Source: Nitrospirales bacterium
GTDB lineage: Bacteria > Nitrospirota > Nitrospiria > Nitrospirales > UBA8639
Length of the DNA: 64,000 bases
Reading direction: 5' to 3'
Assembly (NCBI GenBank): GCA_965203295.1
Contig: CBDBCZ010000019.1
Location: 1,888,001-1,952,000, forward strand
Shown here: piece after piece, positions 50,699-61,629 of the stretch
How positions within the stretch are numbered: the stretch's first letter is position 1
How the letters are laid out: each line of letters starts with the position of its first letter
Notes under the pieces: generated by a model
Databases searched by the model: none
What the model was told of the DNA's origin: nothing
What the model saw: the letters and a program-made list of their open reading frames with translations, nothing else
Position numbers and translations under genes: made by a program

Positions 50699-50722
50699 GA
50701 GGCGGCCTTTTTCAACAACCTC
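50699..50722. repeat. Solo end of the MITE family
   Basis: GGCGGCCTTTTTCAACAACCT resembles GGCGGACTTTTTCAACATCCT at 47335-47356. Confidence 0.5.
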
Positions 50723-50727
50723 CACAA

Positions 50728-51772
50728 TCATACCGGCAGGGAAAACCATACCCATGTACGCCCATCTTGGCTTTTCGCCCCAACTCGGCCACCACGATAG
50801 CCAGACCGATCCCCGTCCCTCCGCTTTCTCAGGAACGAGACTTATCGGAACGATAGAACCGCTCGAATATAAAGGGAAGATCTATCGGACTGATGCCCTG
50901 TCCAGTGTTTGCGACAATCACTCTGATTCCCTCAGGAACCCGCTCGGCCGTAATCCGGACTCTTCCATCTGGTCGAGTGTACTGACTTGCGTTCTGAACG
51001 AGATTGGCCATAGCTTGGAGGAGACGATCAGGGTTAGCCTTCAAAGAGCCGACATTTTCGTTTAGGCGGGTTTCTACCGAAATTCCACGGTCCTGAAACT
51101 GAGACTTGTATAACTCGAGAACGCGGGTGATCAAGTCAGGGAGATAACATCCCGGCGATTGAGATACCCTTTGGCTGCATCAGCATGGGTGAGTTGCTGA
51201 AGATCCTCGATCAATCTCACGAGTCTGAAGGTTTCCGACTTCAACATCTGCAACACTTCCTTTGAGGGTAAAACGACTCCGTCCTCGAGACCTTCGATAT
51301 ACCCACGGATATTCGTCATCGGAGTCCGGAACTCGTGAGCGATATCCACGACCATGGTCCGACGTAGTTGCTCAATCCGACCTAAGTTATCAACCATTTG
51401 ATTGAATACCAACCCAAGCTCTCCTATCTCATCACGTGAGGTCACATTCACCCGCCCTGAATAATCCCCAGCCGCAATTTTCTTGGTGACCTCTGCCATT
51501 TCCGACAAAGGCCGTAGGACTTTTTTGGTGAGCCAATAGCTAAAGATGGCAGCGAGACCTACCGCGACAACGCTCGCTTGAATGAGATAGTAGTGCACAG
51601 AATCAATAAGCATTTGGTGCGATTCTGTCGGCTCTATGTGATATTTTTTCATGAGAACCGTGAAGTAATCAGCCGCATAATTATCGATCGCCATCCACAC
51701 TACAACCATCACCACCCCCAACACGGGTACGTTCAAGGCAAGAAGTTTCCAAAGCAAGCGACTTTTCATCAC
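50728..51772 (-). pseudogene. BaeS-like sensor histidine kinase, disrupted
   Basis: HAMP and DIAHEFRTP, frameshift near 51135, NLVQNA and FERFYRSDKSRS, in-frame TGA at 50829, then ESGGTGIGLAIV with the KxxxxAH segment missing. Confidence 0.85.
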
Positions 51773-52506
51773 TCTCCTTCCTCTTGGTCCTTTTCAACTT
51801 CAGCAAACCGATAGCCTATCCCTCGGACTGTCAACACGTAGGTCGGTTTTGATGGGTCAGATTCGATCTTTTGTCTGAGTTTGCCAATGTGGACATCGAT
51901 GACCCGGTCAACCACAGCATCTTCCTGTCTATAGAGTTTAGCGAGCAGTTCATCACGAGAAAACACTCGACCTGGAGCATTAATCAGTGCATGTAAAAGT
52001 TTGTACTCGGAAGGAGTTAAGAGCACCGGCTTATGGTCGACCGTGACTTTGTGTTTTTCAAGATCCAAGGAAATACGCCCGCGCTGGATAGAACTTTCTT
52101 CTCTGGGGGAATCAGCCCTGACTCTTCGAAGGATGGCTTTGACCCGCTCCACGACTTCGCGGGGGCTGAAGGGTTTGACGACATAATCATCTGCGCCAAT
52201 GGAAAACCCCAAAATCCGATCAACTTCCTCAGCAAGAGCGGACAGAATGAGAATTGGTGCCTCCGAAGTCTTTCGAATTTCCCGACAAACTTCCCACCCA
52301 TCGATCCCCGGAAGCATCAGGTCAAAGACGATTAACAGAGGAGGATGGCTTTTGAATCGAGCTAACCCGGTTGGCCCATCTCGAGCGATAAAAGAGTCAA
52401 ACCCCTCCCTTATCAAATATTTGGCGATAAGAGACGCAATGTTTTTATTATCCTCAATAATAAGAATCGGACCATCTGATCGGATATTTTTCGAAATTGA
52501 TTTCAC
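51769..52506 (-). CDS. OmpR/BaeR-family response regulator
   Basis: IIEDN, DLMLPGIDG, GADDYVVKPFSP, LTPSEY, DVHIGKLRQKIE, TVRGIGY. Confidence 0.95.
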   Translation of the reverse strand: MKSISKNIRSDGPILIIEDNKNIASLIAKYLIREGFDSFIARDGPTGLARFKSHPPLLIVFDLMLPGIDGWEVCREIRKTSEAPILILSALAEEVDRILGFSIGADDYVVKPFSPREVVERVKAILRRVRADSPREESSIQRGRISLDLEKHKVTVDHKPVLLTPSEYKLLHALINAPGRVFSRDELLAKLYRQEDAVVDRVIDVHIGKLRQKIESDPSKPTYVLTVRGIGYRFAEVEKDQEEGE

Positions 52507-52657
52507 GGGATTCTCACAGCTTCGAGCCTACGCGCTGCGGAGGAGGCTCGAGGCGCAGGCGGCTTCCTGACAAAAGAAAGGAACGTAAAACCGAACAAAC
52601 GCGCGATGAAGGCCTATAGATGAAAATACATTACCCTCACAATTTATTTGAAGGATC

Positions 52658-53860
52658 TTAAATACTATGCAATGCCTCGACAGGATCGATCGACGCCACT
52701 CGCCGAGTCGGCAGAACTCCAGCACCAATCCCGGTGAGTGCACTGACAAACACCGCTGCGGCAAGATATCCTGAATGAGGCGAAACCGGAAGTTCTGGAA
52801 CGAAAACATGGACAAACTGAACAACAGCCAGTCCGCACACCAAACCGACTCCTCCACCAATCATGGCCAAGATAAGTGATTCAAACAAGAACAACCGATA
52901 AATCTCGATGGAAGTCGCACCGATGGCTTTGAATAACCCAATTTCGGACCTTCGTTCACGTACCGTCATCCACATGACGGTGAGAATCCCAATTGCGCCA
53001 ACGAACAACGAAATTCCGGCAATCGCTCCAACCGCAATCGTCACGACCCCCATCACGTTATCGAATGTTTCCAGCATTGCAGCCTGCGTCATAATCGTGA
53101 AATCTTCCTCACCACGATGCCGTTCACGAAGCACCTGGGTGAGGTCTGCCACCACTGGGGATAATTCCCTTCCTTGCGAAAAGGCAACTTGAATTTCGAC
53201 GAGTTCGTCCATGTTAAACATCGTCAAAGCCGAAGCCACTGGAATATACACGGCATCATCAATATCAAAAACAAGGAGATTTCCCTTGGAAGCCATCACA
53301 CCAATGACCTGGTAACGGAAACCACTAATTCGCACGAACTTTCCCAAGGGATTGGAATCTCGAAAAAGTTCTCGTTTTAACTTCGGCCCTAATACAGTAA
53401 GCGGACGCCGAACGCGAACATCCCCACCAGGCAAAAAAGTCCCTTGCCGAACGGTAAATTTCCAAAGAGCCGGCATCGCAGCCGTCACCTCAAAGACCTT
53501 CACGCTTCTTCCCCGATCCTCGACCTCCACCCGAGCATTGCCCATGGCTACGGGAACCACCCTTTCAATACCACCAATTCCCCGAATCGCCTCGGCATCG
53601 TCCAGCGTTAACTTATGAGTGGTGCCACCAAGAACCCCGGGAATCCCCACCGTTTTCGTTTTACCTGGTGTCACCGTCAAGAGATTCGTCCCGAATTGAG
53701 TGAATTGAGATAAAATGTAGACTCGGGCCCCTTCCCCAATAGAAGTGAGTAGAACAAACGCTGCGACCCCGACAGCAATTCCGAGAAGCGAGAGAACCGA
53801 TCGACTTCGTCGAGTCGCAATTGCTCTTTCTGCCATAGTCAAGAGATCAGCCCAACGCAT
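52658..53860 (-). CDS. MacB/FtsX-type ABC transporter permease
   Basis: LSLLGIAVGV, FGTNLLTV.PG, ER.SEIGL.KAIGA, IDPVEAL; start ATG53860 overlapping the upstream TAA. Confidence 0.9.
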   Translation of the reverse strand: MRWADLLTMAERAIATRRSRSVLSLLGIAVGVAAFVLLTSIGEGARVYILSQFTQFGTNLLTVTPGKTKTVGIPGVLGGTTHKLTLDDAEAIRGIGGIERVVPVAMGNARVEVEDRGRSVKVFEVTAAMPALWKFTVRQGTFLPGGDVRVRRPLTVLGPKLKRELFRDSNPLGKFVRISGFRYQVIGVMASKGNLLVFDIDDAVYIPVASALTMFNMDELVEIQVAFSQGRELSPVVADLTQVLRERHRGEEDFTIMTQAAMLETFDNVMGVVTIAVGAIAGISLFVGAIGILTVMWMTVRERRSEIGLFKAIGATSIEIYRLFLFESLILAMIGGGVGLVCGLAVVQFVHVFVPELPVSPHSGYLAAAVFVSALTGIGAGVLPTRRVASIDPVEALHSI

Positions 53861-55065
53861 TACACTCGATGCTCCAAAGCTTCGATAGGATCGAGCAAAG
53901 CAGCCCGACGAGCTGGGAAAAAGCCGAATATCACCCCCACCCTTACCGCCACACCCAGCGCAACCAGAGGGACCCAAGCCGAAGGAACAGCGGGAATGAC
54001 AGGGAAGACCCACACAAGTCCCATCACCAACAGCGCCCCTAATCCCAATCCAATCCCGCCTCCGACAAACGAAATGACCATGGCCTCGAGCAAAAACAAC
54101 GCCAAGACTTGGCTATGACGAGCCCCAAGAGCCTTTAACAGTCCAATCTCATCTGTTCGATCCGTCACAGCAATCAACATGACGTTCATCACACCAATTC
54201 CAGCGACTAGCAGGGAAATTCCCCCAATCGCTCCCAAGCCAAATGTCAACACCGACATGATCGAGGAAAATGAGGAGACCACGGCATCCTGAGTGATACA
54301 AGTCACATCCTCTTCCGAATGCCGCTCGGTGATAATGGCCACGACTTTTTTGCAGGTTCGGTCTAATTCTCCTACCGAATGAACTCGCAAAAGAATGCGA
54401 AAGAGGGAATGTCGGTTGAAGAGGCGCATGCCGGTTTCAACCGGAATAATCACAAGATCATCCAGATCCATCCCAAGCTGGGTTCCCCGCTCGGCCAGCA
54501 CGCCAATGACTCGCATCCGCCAATTCCCGACCCGAACGATTCGCCCGATGGGATGTTCATTGGGAAACAATTCTGTGGCAACCCGTTGGCCGAGGACCAT
54601 GATTGAAGCCCCTTGAGCCGCGTCGCCGGGCGGAAGAAATTCACCCAGACGTATGCTCAGCTTTCGTGCTTCTAAAAAATCCGATGTGGTTCCTATGACC
54701 GCCACCTGCCGTCTTCGTTCACCCATTCGAACTGTTTCAGTACCCATGGAAATGGGCACAACAAGCTGAAGGGTGGGAAGTTCTCGTCGAATCGCCTCCT
54801 TATCCGCGAGGGTCAAATCATTGGGTACCCCGCCAAATCCAGGCATCGCTCCTGTCGTCTCAGTCTTCACAGGAATGATCCCTACCAAATTCGAACCAAT
54901 GGCTGAAAATTCTTGAATGACGTATCGCCGAGCCCCTTCACCCAAAGCCGTCAGAACCACGACCGCTGCGACACCAATGGAGACTCCGATCAAACACAAA
55001 CCAGTTCGCACAGGATGACCGAGCAACGCGGTGAGGGAAAAGCGAAATACGTCTCTGAGGATCAT
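53860..55065 (-). CDS. MacB/FtsX-type ABC transporter permease
   Basis: GVSIGVAAVV, GIGVMNVML, EIGLLKALGA, LDPIEAL. Confidence 0.92.
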   Translation of the reverse strand: MILRDVFRFSLTALLGHPVRTGLCLIGVSIGVAAVVVLTALGEGARRYVIQEFSAIGSNLVGIIPVKTETTGAMPGFGGVPNDLTLADKEAIRRELPTLQLVVPISMGTETVRMGERRRQVAVIGTTSDFLEARKLSIRLGEFLPPGDAAQGASIMVLGQRVATELFPNEHPIGRIVRVGNWRMRVIGVLAERGTQLGMDLDDLVIIPVETGMRLFNRHSLFRILLRVHSVGELDRTCKKVVAIITERHSEEDVTCITQDAVVSSFSSIMSVLTFGLGAIGGISLLVAGIGVMNVMLIAVTDRTDEIGLLKALGARHSQVLALFLLEAMVISFVGGGIGLGLGALLVMGLVWVFPVIPAVPSAWVPLVALGVAVRVGVIFGFFPARRAALLDPIEALEHRV

Positions 55066-55786
55066 GATGCGTGAGGGTTGCTCAAAGATAGGACCCGACT
55101 GTCTTCCAACTCATCTGCTAGCAAGCGTTGGTGTATTCGGCCATCCTTAATAATAAGGATGCGTTCAGCTCGACGTGCCACCTGTGGTTCATGGGTCACC
55201 ATGACGAGAGTGTGTCCAGTGGTATGAACCTGATCTAGAAGATTCAAGACCTATTGTCCTGAACGGCTATCCAAATTACCAGTCGGTTCATCTGCCAGAA
55301 TAAATCGAGGGTTCATCACCATCGCGCGGGCAATCACGACCCGTTGTCGTTGCCCCACGGACAACTGCGCAGGTTGATGGTGGGCATGGTCAGAAAGCCC
55401 CACGGATTCAAGAACCTTCTGCACCCGATCACTCCGCTCCCTTGGGGAAATGCCCGCAAATACCATGGGGAGCTCAACATTCCCTACAGCAGTGAGACGA
55501 GGGACCAAGTGAAAAGATTGAAAAATAAAGCCAATGACGGTCTGGCGAAACCGAGAGAGGTCAGAATCAGAGAGTTGGCTCACATCCCGCCCATCGAGAA
55601 TACAGAGCCCGGAACTTGGCCGAAGAAGGCTTCCCATCAAATTGAGCATCGTGGACTTTCCAGAACCCGATGGCCCCATCACGGCAACATACTCGCCAGG
55701 CCGAATATGCTCCGTGATATCGACCAGCGCATGAACCGGCTGATCACCGACCTGAAAGTCCTGGAAACGTTCTCGAATCGAATCAT
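55062..55786 (-). pseudogene. LolD/MacB-type ABC ATP-binding protein, disrupted
   Basis: ATG55786 MIRFENVSRT, one-base deletion near 55756, then [26 protein letters not shown], in-frame TAG at 55251, then MVTHE. Confidence 0.88.
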
Positions 55787-56934
55787 CAATGAGTGCTGTT
55801 TAATAAAATGACCGGAGATCCAACTTCAACATCAGCTTCTTCAAGAAAGGTCACCACGACCTCTCTTTCAGCCGGCCCCTGTTGAATCTCCACATAGTTC
55901 CAATTTTTCAGACCAAGTTTGACAGCTCGTTCTGCCACATGACCATCTTCCACAATCCAAACTTTTCCCCCTTCCAAAATAGACGCACGAGGAACGCGGA
56001 GCACTTGCTCACGTTTGGAGAGAATCACCTCGACATCAGCAGATGTACCTGGAAGAAGAGTGGCGGCAAATTGATCATCTTCCAATTCGACCTCAATTTC
56101 CACCGTCCGATTTTGTTCTTCCATATCCTCGACGAACGGAGCCACACGAAACAACCGTCCGGGAAAGGCTTGTCCTGGGAAAGGATCTACTGTCACCCGA
56201 ACTCGTTGGTCCTGATGAATTTTTGCTGAATCTAACTCATCCATAGGGGCCGTGATATAGATGGAATTTGGATCAATGAGATCCAAGACAGGAGGCACCG
56301 GAACAGCAGGAGGAGCGGGAGTGACCCATTCACCAACCTCGACCTCTACAGTCCCTAACACTCCTGAAAAGGGAGCACGGAGAATTGTTTTATCCAGACC
56401 GGCTTGTGCCTCAACAATAGCAGCTCGCGCACGATCAACATTCGCTTTGCCAGCTTCGCAGGCAGCCGTAGACCTAAGAAAGATGCTTTCCACCCGATCC
56501 AATTCATCAATGGAGACCAACTCCTTTTCTGCAAGGTTGCGAAACCGAACATACTCACGTTTGGCCCGCTGAGCAGCCAAACAAGAACGATCATGCCCCG
56601 CCTCAGCTACCACCAAATCCCGTTTCGTCAATTCCAACTTTGCCTGTTCAGCTTCATCATTGAGTTTAAGGAGGAGGTCACCCTTTTTCACCTGATCGCC
56701 TTTTCCAAATGGAACTGCCACGACCCTTCCACCAATTTCCGCTGACAGATGGGCACGCTGGCGAGCCTTCACCGTGCCCGCACGCGAATTGGTAATTGTC
56801 TCCTCGAAAAGTCCTCGTTCGACTTGAACACCTTGAACCTCCACCGGCTCAGTGACCCACACCCATTCTCTGAACACCAGGAACAAGATGCCAGCGATCA
56901 CAATCATACTCAGTCGGATAGGCCATCGTTTCAT
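55786..56934 (-). CDS. Efflux RND/MacA-type periplasmic adaptor
   Basis: GRV..V....GDQVKKGDLLLKL, ILRAPFSG, LLPGTSADVEV; start set at MKRWPIR. Confidence 0.9.
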   Translation of the reverse strand: MKRWPIRLSMIVIAGILFLVFREWVWVTEPVEVQGVQVERGLFEETITNSRAGTVKARQRAHLSAEIGGRVVAVPFGKGDQVKKGDLLLKLNDEAEQAKLELTKRDLVVAEAGHDRSCLAAQRAKREYVRFRNLAEKELVSIDELDRVESIFLRSTAACEAGKANVDRARAAIVEAQAGLDKTILRAPFSGVLGTVEVEVGEWVTPAPPAVPVPPVLDLIDPNSIYITAPMDELDSAKIHQDQRVRVTVDPFPGQAFPGRLFRVAPFVEDMEEQNRTVEIEVELEDDQFAATLLPGTSADVEVILSKREQVLRVPRASILEGGKVWIVEDGHVAERAVKLGLKNWNYVEIQQGPAEREVVVTFLEEADVEVGSPVILLNSTH

Positions 56935-57058
56935 ATCAGCTAGTGTATCATATAGGTTTTCCTCGAACCGAACGAAATTTCCATACATGAAGAAGAAACG
57001 GGCATGCGAGAGGAGAGGAAGGAGGGACGCAATTCTAAAGATAGAGCTTTATGTGTAA

Positions 57059-57621
57059 TGTTCCTTCACACAGTGTCTGGCAGGGTAATTTCAAATTTAA
57101 GGTTTCGAGTTTAAAGTGTAAAACTTAGCAAAAAGTGCAGCTCGTAGATCCTTGCCAGGTCATCCCCGCAATTTTTTAGGGGGGATCTATCTTTCTTCAT
57201 TATTCTGGATGCCCGCTAACCAATGCGAGCATGACGGTGAAAATTGTATGCGGTGTACAAAAATTTGTCCTTTTTGTTGCATCTGTGTGTTCCGCCTTGC
57301 ACGTGGCTGAGTCCCCGCGCCGAATCTCACAACTCGGCGAGGACTGTCTGAGCGGAGCGAGTTCCGCAGCCATGTGATTCGGTGCTGAGATGAAGGGGAC
57401 CCGCAGGGCCAGACGCGGGCGGGAATGGTTTGGGGTCCTTTTGCCGAAACAAAAGGACCTCGGCGTGCGGGGCCGAAACCCCCCTCAAATAAAAACGAGT
57501 TAACCAAACATCCTGGATACCCGCCAACCACTGCGGGCATGACGAAAAAAGAAAACCTGTGCTCTCGTCTGAACTCCCAACTTTATCTGACTGTATCCGT
57601 CAACTGAAATTCAAGTTTTAC
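57059..57621. repeat. Composite non-coding repeat module A (heptamer array, REP-like palindromes, multi-hairpin element)
   Basis: Shares three blocks with 63500..63793; contains GTCATCCCCGC, GGATGCCCGC..GCGAGCATGAC, GGTCCTTTTG-N6-CAAAAGGACC. Confidence 0.75.
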
Positions 57622-57690
57622 TCTTTATGGAACCGAGGCCTTGATGAAACTCTTCAATATTCAAAATGCTATCCAGGGACTACACGACTC

Positions 57691-58968
57691 TCATGTTTTC
57701 TTTTTTGTCAGAAGAGTCGCGTGTTGAATAGGCCTATTCCCGAAGCGTGTACGGATCGCATCCACTGCCTGGCTCAATTGTTCAGTCGATCGATGAGATG
57801 AATCAAACAAAGAGAGTTGAACTGCACAGGAGTGAGAAATAAGTTTGGAACCAGACAAGCCCAAAAGACGAACCTTTTGTCCAAAAAACGGAACGCGTTC
57901 CAAGAGGCTAAGGGCTGTTTGATAGAGAGTCGAATCTTGATCGATTGGCTGTTGAATCGAAGCTGAGCGAGTGACTATTTGAAAGGAGGAGTCTCGGAAT
58001 TTCAGGGTAAGCCTTCCAGCCATCACACCTTCTGCACGAAGCCGTTGGCCTACGCGCTCAGAAAGATTCAAGAGCGTTTGACGAATGACGCGTGAATCAG
58101 CCGTATCGGTTTCAAACGTTATTTCAGCTCCGATTGATTTGGCGGACTCCTCTGGAATCACTTCTCTGGGATCACGTCCCTTGGCTAACTCCCAGAGATG
58201 GAGTCCATTCTGCCCCAATAACGACGTGACCCTATCTGGACTGAGCTTCGCGATATCGCCAATTGTGCAATAGCCCTGAGCACGAAGCTTCTTGGTGGTC
58301 TTAGGACCTGCCCCCCATAGCCATTCAACAGACAAGTCCTGAAGAAATGTCATTTCTGTTCCTGGAGGGACAACAACAAAACCTTTCGGCTTGCGTAGGT
58401 CTGAGGCCACTTTTGCCACGAACTTTGGTAGTCGCAATTCCCACAGAGGCAGGTAAGTGTTCCTTTTTCCAAATATCCCGTTGAATCTGTCTACCAATAG
58501 CTTCGGCCGTTCCAAAGAGGCGAAGGCTGCCTGTCACATCCAAGAAGGCTTCATCCAAACTAATCGGCTCAACCAAGTCGGAATACCCATGAAAAATGGA
58601 AAAAATTCGAGCGGAAACTCCTTGATAATGACTCATACGGAAGGAAGAAAGAGTCCATGCGGACACCGCTTATAGGCCTGACTGATTGGCATAGCTGAAT
58701 GAATACCGAATTTCCTGGCCTCATAGGAGGCCGTGGAAACCACTCCTCTCCCTTTCCCTCCTTGAGGGTCAGCCCCAACGATCACAGGCTTGTTTCTGTA
58801 GACAGGCTGATCTCTTTGCTCCACCGAAGCATAAAACGCATCCATATCCACATGGATGATCCAGCGGTGTGACGCAGTCGTGGTGTTGGGATTCGGAGTG
58901 TGAGATCTCGAGTCCTGACGCTTTAGTCTCAAGACTCCGGACGCTGGATTTTGTCTTACTTCACTCAC
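57691..58968 (-). pseudogene. dinB: DNA polymerase IV split over three frames
   Basis: [13 protein letters not shown] / EPISLDEAFLDV / KFVAKVASD..KP.G in different frames; frameshifts near 58640 and 58425. Confidence 0.92.
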
Positions 58969-59383
58969 GTTCTTGGCTCAAACGCTCAGGCCTCAAGACT
59001 CCGTGATCAGGACCATATGTATCGTATGCCGGTCGCTAAAGAAATGCCAGGCCCGACCTGCGCCAGTTGAGCACTTGTGAATGGCCTTCCATTGCGCCTT
59101 TATCATTTCGGCAATTCTTGTCTTGTCAGAGGCATTGTGATATCTCATCAGCACTCGATTTTTCGTGATCCACGATATAAGGCGGCCGGCCTTATCCTCA
59201 TTCATTTTACAATGTTTTTATAAATCAGACCTTTCGGTCCAAAATTCCTTTGGCACGCATTGTGCTAATATATCGATGGATGAAGACAATTTTCAGATTT
59301 TACCTTTAGACAAAAAGGATATATAAGAGATATCAAGCACACAAATTCTTGAAACCCAAACCTCGGTCTTGACACCAGAACCT

Positions 59384-59905
59384 ATGGAAAACTGGGCTTC
59401 GACTTTTCGAACATTATACGAGGAAGCCGTCACGCAGTATGAAAGCGGATCCCGAGGAACCACCAACGTTGTGCCGTCCGAAAGACACGAATTCCTGGCC
59501 TCCATCGGCATGAATCCGCAGGAAATCTATGGTTTTGTCGAAGACTGGGTAGAGGTCAATGAACCGCCATTCGAGGTCGTTAAAAAAATTACTGAGGTCC
59601 GACGGGATTATTTTGTGACAGTTCAGCAAGAACAACCTTCCGCCCATGTGGTTGAAATGAACGCCCTTCCTCAAGGTGGCGACAAGTTGGGCGAGTACCG
59701 TTGGCTACCTCGCATCATTGCCAAAGCCAAAGCAAAACTGCGAGGCGAAATGCCTCACGACCTCATGTATGGATGCGGTGCTGATCGCCCATTTCTTCGA
59801 AGCATTGGGATGGAACCGGATGAATTTCTACGGCTCGTATGGGAAGCCTGGGATGATGACGAAAAGATTTTGGAGACGATTAAAAACCCTGTTGATTCTG
59901 AATAA
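59384..59905 (+). CDS. DUF5069-like protein
   Basis: LGEYRWLPRIIAKAKAKLRGE..DLMYGCGAD..FL. Confidence 0.75.
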   Translation: MENWASTFRTLYEEAVTQYESGSRGTTNVVPSERHEFLASIGMNPQEIYGFVEDWVEVNEPPFEVVKKITEVRRDYFVTVQQEQPSAHVVEMNALPQGGDKLGEYRWLPRIIAKAKAKLRGEMPHDLMYGCGADRPFLRSIGMEPDEFLRLVWEAWDDDEKILETIKNPVDSE

Positions 59906-60091
59906 TCGAGATCAAAGATAATGGGCTATCCAGTATCGTGTTATGATCATTGGGATAGGGTCCTCATGCACGACCGTTTGAGGATGACGTACAAAGATAG
60001 AAAAAGGCCGGCCATCTTGTTCTCCTGATGACTCTCGTGATCTAATGACATGAGGGTTTTAGCCTATTCTTGATAGAGAAAAGATAGGACC

Positions 60092-60520
60092 ATGTCTGCG
60101 TTCTTCTATTCGTACAGTTCAATGAGCATAGGAACCCTGCTTCTTTTCGGGCTCCTGATTTCGGCATTTCCCGTCAAAGCCCTCGAACCGGAGCCCCATC
60201 CCCTGGATACCTTCCTGACGAACATCTTGAATTTTAAGCAGCCGACCGGAATTCGGGGGACACTTCGTTACGTTGACAGAGAAAGACAAACAATCTGGTT
60301 GAATTGGGAAGAACGATCCGATGAACGGCCCTTGTTTGAAACTGGCTGGTTATTGGTTCCTGGAGATATTACTCTAAAAGTGCACCCAACAGATCCGTCG
60401 CAATTCGAGAAACTTCAACAGATTCCCAAAGGAACCGCGATTGAAATGGTCATTCAGCTCGATCCAGAAGGAAACCGACGTATTCTTTCCTACCAGGACC
60501 TATCACTTGTTCCGCTCTAG
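60092..60520 (+). CDS. Exported hypothetical protein
   Basis: SD AGGA, hydrophobic signal segment; stop TAG lies in the CTAG of a MITE end. Confidence 0.7.
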   Translation: MSAFFYSYSSMSIGTLLLFGLLISAFPVKALEPEPHPLDTFLTNILNFKQPTGIRGTLRYVDRERQTIWLNWEERSDERPLFETGWLLVPGDITLKVHPTDPSQFEKLQQIPKGTAIEMVIQLDPEGNRRILSYQDLSLVPL

Positions 60521-60546
60521 CGGGATGTTGAAAAAGTCCTCCAGCC
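60517..60546. repeat. Solo end of the MITE family
   Basis: CTAGCGGGATGTTGAAAAAGTCCTCCAGC matches the reverse complement of the 47361 end with 2 mismatches. Confidence 0.7.
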
Positions 60547-60653
60547 TACGCTTAAGCTATGGCTGACAAGCCACCTACTAAATCTTCACGAGCTCAGTAG
60601 CTTTCTGGACATAAACCCAAACCCACCAGAGAGAATGTCAAAGCAACCTGACC

Positions 60654-60682
60654 TTGACACACACTCGAGGACTCCCTAGCCT
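60654..60682 (+). promoter_or_regulatory. Sigma70-type promoter
   Basis: TTGACA-N17-TAGCCT. Confidence 0.55.
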
Positions 60683-60763
60683 TGCGAACAGTTTCGGAAC
60701 GTTTGGAGCGCCTTAGCTGTTTGAACCTACAGAATTGACTCATAGCCACAGGAGCCTACATTC

Positions 60764-61582
60764 ATGAGAGTCATCTCTGCTGACCAGTACCCTGGCGCAG
60801 AACATCAGCCTCTCTATTACCCTGGACGGAGGCCTGAGTTTTCTTTCATCTACTATCAAGGCAAAGGGTATGAAATCACGTTCAAAGAGGGTGGAGACCA
60901 ACAATTGGTCGTGGAGGAACCTACCGGCTATGTCACGCTCGATGAATTTCTTGCTCAACGCGGCAATGCACCAATGAACCAACGGCTTGCCGTGCTAGCA
61001 GTTGGTTCTAACGGGTGTCCCGGACGGTTCGAAGAAAAATACGAATTACAGTCAGACGTGGTTCTTCCGGTGCTTGTGGGGACCTTGACTGATACCGCCA
61101 TCGTCTACTCACGCCGCTTGGTATCATACGGCGCCTTACCCGCCACCTACCTATTCCAGCCAGACGCTGTCTCATGGCTATCCATCACTATGCTGACGAA
61201 CGAACAGCTAGAGCACATGGATGAAACTGAAAATGTTGGAACGGTTTATGAACGAATTCAGGTTCCAGGCAAGTTTCAGCTACAGGATGGCCAAAAGATT
61301 GGAAACCTGACGGCATACATCGACCAGAACATTTTGACCTATCAGGGTGCACCTGTCTTATTAAAGATGTTCACACGAAGTGGTCCTGATTGGCCTGTCA
61401 TGGATGAATCCGAAATCCTCTCACTTGTGTTTAACGAAGCTGGTTTACTTCCTGGAGAATCAATCAAAGTGCGGCACCGTTGCCTTCTTGAGGACGCTGA
61501 CTTACGGAGACGGTTGAACACATTTCTCGAGAACCGTATGAGCGGCCTCACATTAGACATGACCGGAAGACTGGTGTCGTAG
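60764..61582 (+). CDS. Hypothetical protein with gamma-glutamylcyclotransferase-like fold
   Basis: VLAVGSN, YGALPAT, MDETE...YER match the GGCT-like YGS(N)...LD..E...Y pattern; SD AGGAG. Confidence 0.6.
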   Translation: MRVISADQYPGAEHQPLYYPGRRPEFSFIYYQGKGYEITFKEGGDQQLVVEEPTGYVTLDEFLAQRGNAPMNQRLAVLAVGSNGCPGRFEEKYELQSDVVLPVLVGTLTDTAIVYSRRLVSYGALPATYLFQPDAVSWLSITMLTNEQLEHMDETENVGTVYERIQVPGKFQLQDGQKIGNLTAYIDQNILTYQGAPVLLKMFTRSGPDWPVMDESEILSLVFNEAGLLPGESIKVRHRCLLEDADLRRRLNTFLENRMSGLTLDMTGRLVS

Positions 61583-61629
61583 ACTCAAGACACTTGGGAA
61601 GCGTTGAGAGTTAACGTGGAGGGATCACC

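Noticed and set aside
57187..57607. ORFs 57187..57540, 57327..57527 and 57425..57607
   Set aside because: They lie within palindromic repeat DNA and have no protein-like motifs
58993..59205. 70-aa minus-strand ORF upstream of dinB
   Set aside because: No SD or recognisable motif, and it ends in low-complexity heptamer-like repeats
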